Part shown: piece after piece, positions 58,991 through 64,000 of the stretch
How positions within the stretch are numbered: the stretch's first letter is position 1
How the letters are laid out: the number at the start of each line of letters is the position of its first letter
Source of the DNA: a virus
IMG/VR virus record: IMGVR_UViG_3300027973_000030
Coordinates: 67,295 to 131,294 of that record
Reading direction: 5' to 3' (one strand)
Length of the DNA: 64,000 bases
Notes under the pieces: model-generated
The model's database searches: none
What the model was told of the DNA's origin: nothing
The model's input: only the letters and a program-made list of their open reading frames with translations
Translations under genes and position numbers: made by a program

Positions 58991-59686
58991 TTAAGTAGTA
59001 CCTAATTTACCATGAATAATATATACAAGATCTATTATTCTTAATCTGCTACGAGCATCTGTGTTCCCACCTAAATTTATAATTCTAAGTGTATCAGAAC
59101 TTCCAAATAATCCATTAGAGTAGTTTGCTAAACAATACCATCCACCATATGCACCACCAGCATAATATTGACCACTAAGATGAAGATTTGCAAAAGTATT
59201 AAGACTATTTGCACCATCTAAAGTTCTGGGTTCAGCATAGTTTGGAGAAGGTGAATTAGTTGTTTGATATGAATGGTAGGAACCAGCTTGATTCATTAAC
59301 ATAGCTACTCTAGTATATGAATAATCAAAACCAGGATGAGGACTATCACCAATACCTAATTGTGCCCATAAAGAAACTTTACCTATATCTGATATTGCCG
59401 TACTTGAGTTACCGTTTCTCCTTCCAGAATTTGAATCATGTGTATTATTATACCAATTACCATGATGTGGAAACATTGGTAATGTTATATCAATATAGGC
59501 ATTACCGCCAGCTGCAGCACCTGGTGCGTAATCACCTGCTGAACTAAATAACTTAGTATCAGCAGTAGAATCATTATATCTTGGATTAAGTGTAATAGTA
59601 CCAATAACAGCTGATGCATGTTGTACAATAGGAATTGGTATCTGCATAAAACCAATAGGTAAGCTTGCACTTGATAATATTGCCAT
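58991..59686 (-). CDS. Putative fibre-tip / receptor-binding protein
   Basis: 231 aa; MAILSS start directly after the 834-aa fibre; beta-rich, Gly/Tyr-rich. Confidence 0.45.
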   Translation of the reverse strand: MAILSSASLPIGFMQIPIPIVQHASAVIGTITLNPRYNDSTADTKLFSSAGDYAPGAAAGGNAYIDITLPMFPHHGNWYNNTHDSNSGRRNGNSSTAISDIGKVSLWAQLGIGDSPHPGFDYSYTRVAMLMNQAGSYHSYQTTNSPSPNYAEPRTLDGANSLNTFANLHLSGQYYAGGAYGGWYCLANYSNGLFGSSDTLRIINLGGNTDARSRLRIIDLVYIIHGKLGTT

Positions 59687-59688
59687 AA

Positions 59689-62193
59689 CTATATTTTTTC
59701 TAATTTTATTTTAAATTTCTCACCACTTCTATTGTTCAGCATAAAAATATCATTCTCTCCTTCTTGCAATGTCCAATCACCCCATGTACCATCAACTATA
59801 TTTTGTTTTCCTTCATTAGAAAGATGTAAGTCAGTTGTGTAAACATGATTCCATCTAAATGAAGGTGAGCCTAAAGTATATACAGCATCTGATACAGGTA
59901 AAACATTACCACTAAATACGCTATTACCATTTGTATTTATATTTAGATATTCATAAAAAGTACCTGACGTATTTTTACCTAATCTTAAATTTGTATTATT
60001 AGCTGATATAATACCATTGTTTGAAGTATCAGCTCCTAATGATAAAGCTGCAGCTGAACTTGCATTTCTACTAATTGCTAAACCAAAACCATTAGTTCCA
60101 GAAAAAGAATGTTGTATAAAAACAGTACCAGCGTTTTCATCTGTTGAGCTATTACCATTTACTTGTAGTTTAGTATTAGCATAACCAATTGATGAAGCAT
60201 TAATAGAAACACTACCACCTTGGTATACTTTAAATCCTTGTTCTGTATAACCAGAAAAACCCATTGCAAAATAACTATTACCACTAACAGGAACCATACC
60301 AAACCAACCATCAATTATATTACTATCTGTAAAAGTAATTTTAGTTACTCCTCCACTTATATAATTAGTTAATCTCATAATACTAGGTATAGTAGACCAA
60401 CCAGCACTATTACTTATTTGTACACCAAGTTTTTCATTGTTCCATAAAGTAGAAGTATTAACTAATGCAGAACCTAACGTAGCAGTATTAGTAACAGTTA
60501 AACCATTATTTAATATTAAATTATATGAACTATCTAACTTCATCCTTTCGTTACCTGAAGTATTTCCTGGTACTGAATTACTTCTAAAACTTAAGTTACC
60601 AGCATTGTTCATAATAACAAAACCTTCACCACCGGTTCTCATAAAAAATAATCTACCGCTATTATTAGTATCACTTGAATCTGCAGCTAAAATAATACCA
60701 CTTGCACCAGAAGGAGAAAATGTAGCCGAACCAGTTACTTGTAACTTACTTCCATTATCAACAATAGTACCTTGAGTAATTATTACATTACCACTACCTA
60801 CAAATGCAATTGGTTTATAAGCTGATGTACTTCTATTATATCCAAATAAATATGGAATACCTGTATCAAAACCAAACTCTATTCCTTCTGCACCACTATT
60901 GCTTACTACAAATTTATCTGCTGGAGTGGTAGTACCAACTCCAACTCTACCTGAACTTGTTGCAAAATTAGAACCAGTTGTAGAATAAAATCCTGTTGAC
61001 GTTACACTACTATAAAATGTAGTTGCTCCAGTATTAGCTATAGTAACCGCAGATAATAAACTACCTGCATTAGCTACTTGTAAAATCATACGACCATTAT
61101 GAGCACCAGTCGTATTAACTTGTATATCAGCATATACCCCTGCATAGTTTACAGCAGTTCCACTAGCATCATTAAACTTCATATAAAAGTTCTGACCTAC
61201 TCCTGCACTACTACTCTGTCTATGTTGAGATATTAATCCATGAGCTGCATAACTTACTGTTAATGGTTCAACAACAGTTCCTGTTCCAACTAAAACTGAA
61301 GTACTAAATGCAGCACTGGTTCCAATTAAAGGTCCAGTAAGCGTACCACCAGCAAGAGGTAAGTAACTACTTAAGTTACTAGTAAGAGCTAGAGTACCAT
61401 CTGAATCAGGAAGAGTATATTGTCTACGAGTATTGTTAGTTAAACCATCAAATCTTAGTGTAAAGTTTTTATAAGTAGATACTCCTGTATAACCATAAAA
61501 ATCAAAGGCAACAAAAGAAGAAGTTATACTAGAATAACCATTACCTTTAGCTAAGTATGCAGCATCTTGTTTAATACTAATTACACCTCCTAATCCAGCT
61601 GATCCTTCTGCTATTACATATTTAGCTCCTAATTCATAATTACCTAAAGAAACATTACCAGTAGCTCCTGTATAAGGGACATAAGTGGTTCCAGCTGTGC
61701 CCGTTGTTAGGTAAGTAGAACTATCATAGCTTATTGTAGTTCCGCTAATTTTCACAAAACCTGTACCGTTTAGTTGTGGCTGTTTAGTTCCAATACTAGT
61801 TGCAACGGTAGTAGCAAAGTTTGCGTCATTACCTAATGCTGTAGCCAGCTCATTAAGAGTATCTAATGTACTAGGTGCTGATGCAACTAGATTACTTATT
61901 GCTGTACCAACATAAGTTTGTGTGGCGTAAGTACTATTATCGTATGATATAGTGGTGCCACTTATCTTTACAAAGCCGGTTCCTGATAAGGCAGCTTGAT
62001 AACTACCAGAAGCTTGTGCTCCTATATCAGATAATAATTGAGCAGCTGTTCTAAACTTTAGTACACCAGTATCAGATACTAAGAACTTATCTGTATTAGT
62101 AGTAGCGGCTGATACAGTAGTAAATACCACATTACCACTACCATCATAAGAGATGTAGTTAATTAATTCTGATATGTTTGTATTCTTGCTCAT
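59689..62193 (-). CDS. Tail fibre protein with cyanomyovirus-type C-terminal module
   Basis: 834 aa. APSTLDTLNELATALGND; GRVGVGTTTP; ends YTTDLHLSNEG..N.VDGTWGDWTLQEGENDIFMLNNRSGEKFKIKLEKI. Confidence 0.85.
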   Translation of the reverse strand: MSKNTNISELINYISYDGSGNVVFTTVSAATTNTDKFLVSDTGVLKFRTAAQLLSDIGAQASGSYQAALSGTGFVKISGTTISYDNSTYATQTYVGTAISNLVASAPSTLDTLNELATALGNDANFATTVATSIGTKQPQLNGTGFVKISGTTISYDSSTYLTTGTAGTTYVPYTGATGNVSLGNYELGAKYVIAEGSAGLGGVISIKQDAAYLAKGNGYSSITSSFVAFDFYGYTGVSTYKNFTLRFDGLTNNTRRQYTLPDSDGTLALTSNLSSYLPLAGGTLTGPLIGTSAAFSTSVLVGTGTVVEPLTVSYAAHGLISQHRQSSSAGVGQNFYMKFNDASGTAVNYAGVYADIQVNTTGAHNGRMILQVANAGSLLSAVTIANTGATTFYSSVTSTGFYSTTGSNFATSSGRVGVGTTTPADKFVVSNSGAEGIEFGFDTGIPYLFGYNRSTSAYKPIAFVGSGNVIITQGTIVDNGSKLQVTGSATFSPSGASGIILAADSSDTNNSGRLFFMRTGGEGFVIMNNAGNLSFRSNSVPGNTSGNERMKLDSSYNLILNNGLTVTNTATLGSALVNTSTLWNNEKLGVQISNSAGWSTIPSIMRLTNYISGGVTKITFTDSNIIDGWFGMVPVSGNSYFAMGFSGYTEQGFKVYQGGSVSINASSIGYANTKLQVNGNSSTDENAGTVFIQHSFSGTNGFGLAISRNASSAAALSLGADTSNNGIISANNTNLRLGKNTSGTFYEYLNINTNGNSVFSGNVLPVSDAVYTLGSPSFRWNHVYTTDLHLSNEGKQNIVDGTWGDWTLQEGENDIFMLNNRSGEKFKIKLEKI

Positions 62194-62208
62194 TAGTTCT
62201 TAAATATT

Positions 62209-64000
62209 TTAATAAGATGCATATGTTGAATTAACTGTTACTCCAGATGTAATAACTTGAAATGACCCATTAGATACCTGATCCGTTAATCTATAACCAG
62301 ACCATAAAACATCTATTTCAGGATTAGATGTAAATCTTAATGCAATATATCTTCCAGAATTATAAGTAATATCTACAACTGAAAAATCACAACCTGATTT
62401 AGCTATTCCAGTAATAACTGCTTGTCCTGATAATGATGAATAATCTTTGCGTATATAAACATCAGATACATTCCAACAAGTATAAGAAGCAGCATTTACT
62501 TTACCAACTAATGAAAATCCAGCAGCAACATTTAAATCACATAATAGTATATAAGCTGGTGCAGATGGCATGTTAGATGATATATTACCAGCAACAAGAT
62601 TACTCCCTATTATTACATTAGTATTTAATTTAGGTATTGATACATTGTTAACAAATGTAGCTATACCTGTACCAGTCATTGTAAAAAGATTTACTCCTAC
62701 TGAACCATTTCTAATTCCAAAAACTCCAGTACCAGCAGAACCACCACTTAATAGTGCATATTGAATTTCACTTGCTCCTGTATTATTTAATGTTAAACGT
62801 AATCCACCAGGACCACCATCGGCTGTACTAGTAAAATTACCTCCTGCAGTTACACTACTAGAGAATGTAGCTGCTCCTGTTACTGATAATACACCTGTAC
62901 CTTTTGTTGCTAAATTCAAATCAACATTTGCAGAACTTCCTGCCATTCTTATACCACCATACCATATATCAACTTGTTGACTTAAATTATTAGCAGCAAA
63001 AGAAGCAATAGCAGTTGTTAAATTATCAATTTTAACAATATTTAAAGATGTAGCTGATACACTACTAGAGAATGTAGCTGCTCCTGTTGTGCCATCTAAA
63101 TTTAATATTCTAGAACCTTTACCATTATATACATCAAAACTTCTAAATTGAGTTAATCCTTGATTATATCCATAATAGTTAATTGCTAATGTTGCTGCTG
63201 CGTTACTTGAATAATAGCAGTTTATTTGGTCTTCTGTAAAATAAATATACCCTTTTGTTGAACCAAAATAAGAATTAGATGCTCTTACATCTAATGCACC
63301 ACTAAACCTTCCTGTACCATTAACATCTAGTTTATATCCTGCGTTGGTGCTTGTTCCCAAACCTAAATTTCCATCGGAAAATAAGGTCATTGCTTGGGTA
63401 AAGGTTATAGCGTTACCTGCCGTTCCTGAAGGAGCATTATACCATTTGTGAGCATTGCCATCTAATTGATATAATGATGCTGTTCCTGTTGATGAATAAA
63501 TATAATTTCCTCCTGTATTAATATATGAATTGCTATATAATTCTAAAGTACCATCAGTTGTTCCACCTGCAATAGAATTTCCTGCACCTCCTAAACTAAA
63601 TGCTTTTCTAAATGTACTCCACGCACTCGGTGTAACTCCTAATCCTAAATTGCCTGTTGAAGATAATGTTAATCTTGAAGCAGAAGCGGTGTAATCATAT
63701 AATACAAAATTGCTATTTACATTTTGTATTGAGTATATTCTTGCATAAGTGCTATTAGTATTATTTAAAACTAATCCAACATTTACACTTGACTGATTCC
63801 CAATAACATTAAGCATATTGCCATCGGTAATAGTTGTTCCACCAATAGCCACATTACCGCTAAAACTTGCACTTGTTCCACTTAATGCACCTGTTAAAGT
63901 ACCACCAGTTAATAGTAAGTAATTAGCTAATGAAGCAGTTGATACTTTATTATTAAAGGTAGTCCAATCTGTATTTGATAAGTAACCATTTGTTGATCCA
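62209..64000 (-). CDS. Tail fibre protein, 5' end beyond the window
   Basis: The track starts it at GTG 63852, but the frame stays open to the window edge (GSTNGYLSNTDWTTFNNK...LLTGGTLTG). Contains GNLGLGVTP and YKLDVNGTGRF. Confidence 0.85.
   Translation of the reverse strand, partial: GSTNGYLSNTDWTTFNNKVSTASLANYLLLTGGTLTGALSGTSASFSGNVAIGGTTITDGNMLNVIGNQSSVNVGLVLNNTNSTYARIYSIQNVNSNFVLYDYTASASRLTLSSTGNLGLGVTPSAWSTFRKAFSLGGAGNSIAGGTTDGTLELYSNSYINTGGNYIYSSTGTASLYQLDGNAHKWYNAPSGTAGNAITFTQAMTLFSDGNLGLGTSTNAGYKLDVNGTGRFSGALDVRASNSYFGSTKGYIYFTEDQINCYYSSNAAATLAINYYGYNQGLTQFRSFDVYNGKGSRILNLDGTTGAATFSSSVSATSLNIVKIDNLTTAIASFAANNLSQQVDIWYGGIRMAGSSANVDLNLATKGTGVLSVTGAATFSSSVTAGGNFTSTADGGPGGLRLTLNNTGASEIQYALLSGGSAGTGVFGIRNGSVGVNLFTMTGTGIATFVNNVSIPKLNTNVIIGSNLVAGNISSNMPSAPAYILLCDLNVAAGFSLVGKVNAASYTCWNVSDVYIRKDYSSLSGQAVITGIAKSGCDFSVVDITYNSGRYIALRFTSNPEIDVLWSGYRLTDQVSNGSFQVITSGVTVNSTYASY
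62851..63088. repeat. Exact 31-bp direct repeat within a tail fibre gene
   Basis: TACACTACTAGAGAATGTAGCTGCTCCTGTT at 62851-62881 and 63058-63088, encoding TGAATFSSSV. Confidence 0.9.

Noticed and set aside
3088-62764. Short plus-strand ORFs and nested minus-strand ORFs in the track
   Set aside because: All are 60-112 aa shadows overlapping long minus-strand genes and show no recognisable motifs.
63850-63852. GTG start assigned by the ORF track
   Set aside because: The frame is open to the window end with fibre-like sequence, so the real start is upstream.
47173-64000. Diversity-generating retroelement or invertase-driven fibre switching
   Set aside because: No reverse transcriptase, recombinase, inverted cassette or adenine-only-mismatch template/variable pair was visible. 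One could lie outside the window.
1-64000. CRISPR array, tRNA or rRNA genes
   Set aside because: Intergenic gaps are all under ~170 bp, and I saw no repeat-spacer periodicity or cloverleaf signature.

Overview
This is a 64-kb, AT-rich segment of a crAss-like (Crassvirales-type) Bacteroidota phage late/virion module. All credible genes are on the minus strand, so transcription runs from high to low coordinates. In that order the window holds: five mosaic tail fibres (two with S74 chaperones) plus putative tip adhesins (47-64 kb); a cluster of Cys-rich Fn3/Ig-like structural proteins (41-46 kb); an HTH-metallophosphoesterase, an IHF-like protein, two ring proteins, a small HExxH protein and the muzzle (32-41 kb); four modular cargo-like proteins carrying several peptidoglycan hydrolase domains (20-32 kb); a 1033-aa cargo protein; a 4512-aa virion RNA polymerase polyprotein (DFDID motif); and a truncated zincin plus PD-(D/E)XK polyvalent protein. 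Three observations stand out. (1) The 20-32 kb proteins are strings of unrelated domains delimited by a recurring [M/Y/F/K]-x-x-G-G motif, a candidate processing or packaging signal. (2) Consecutive cargo genes have matching acidic C-terminal and basic N-terminal micro-modules, a candidate docking chain. (3) A spacing-conserved ~57-bp intergenic element is a candidate late promoter. All family calls come from motif recognition by eye; no searches were run.
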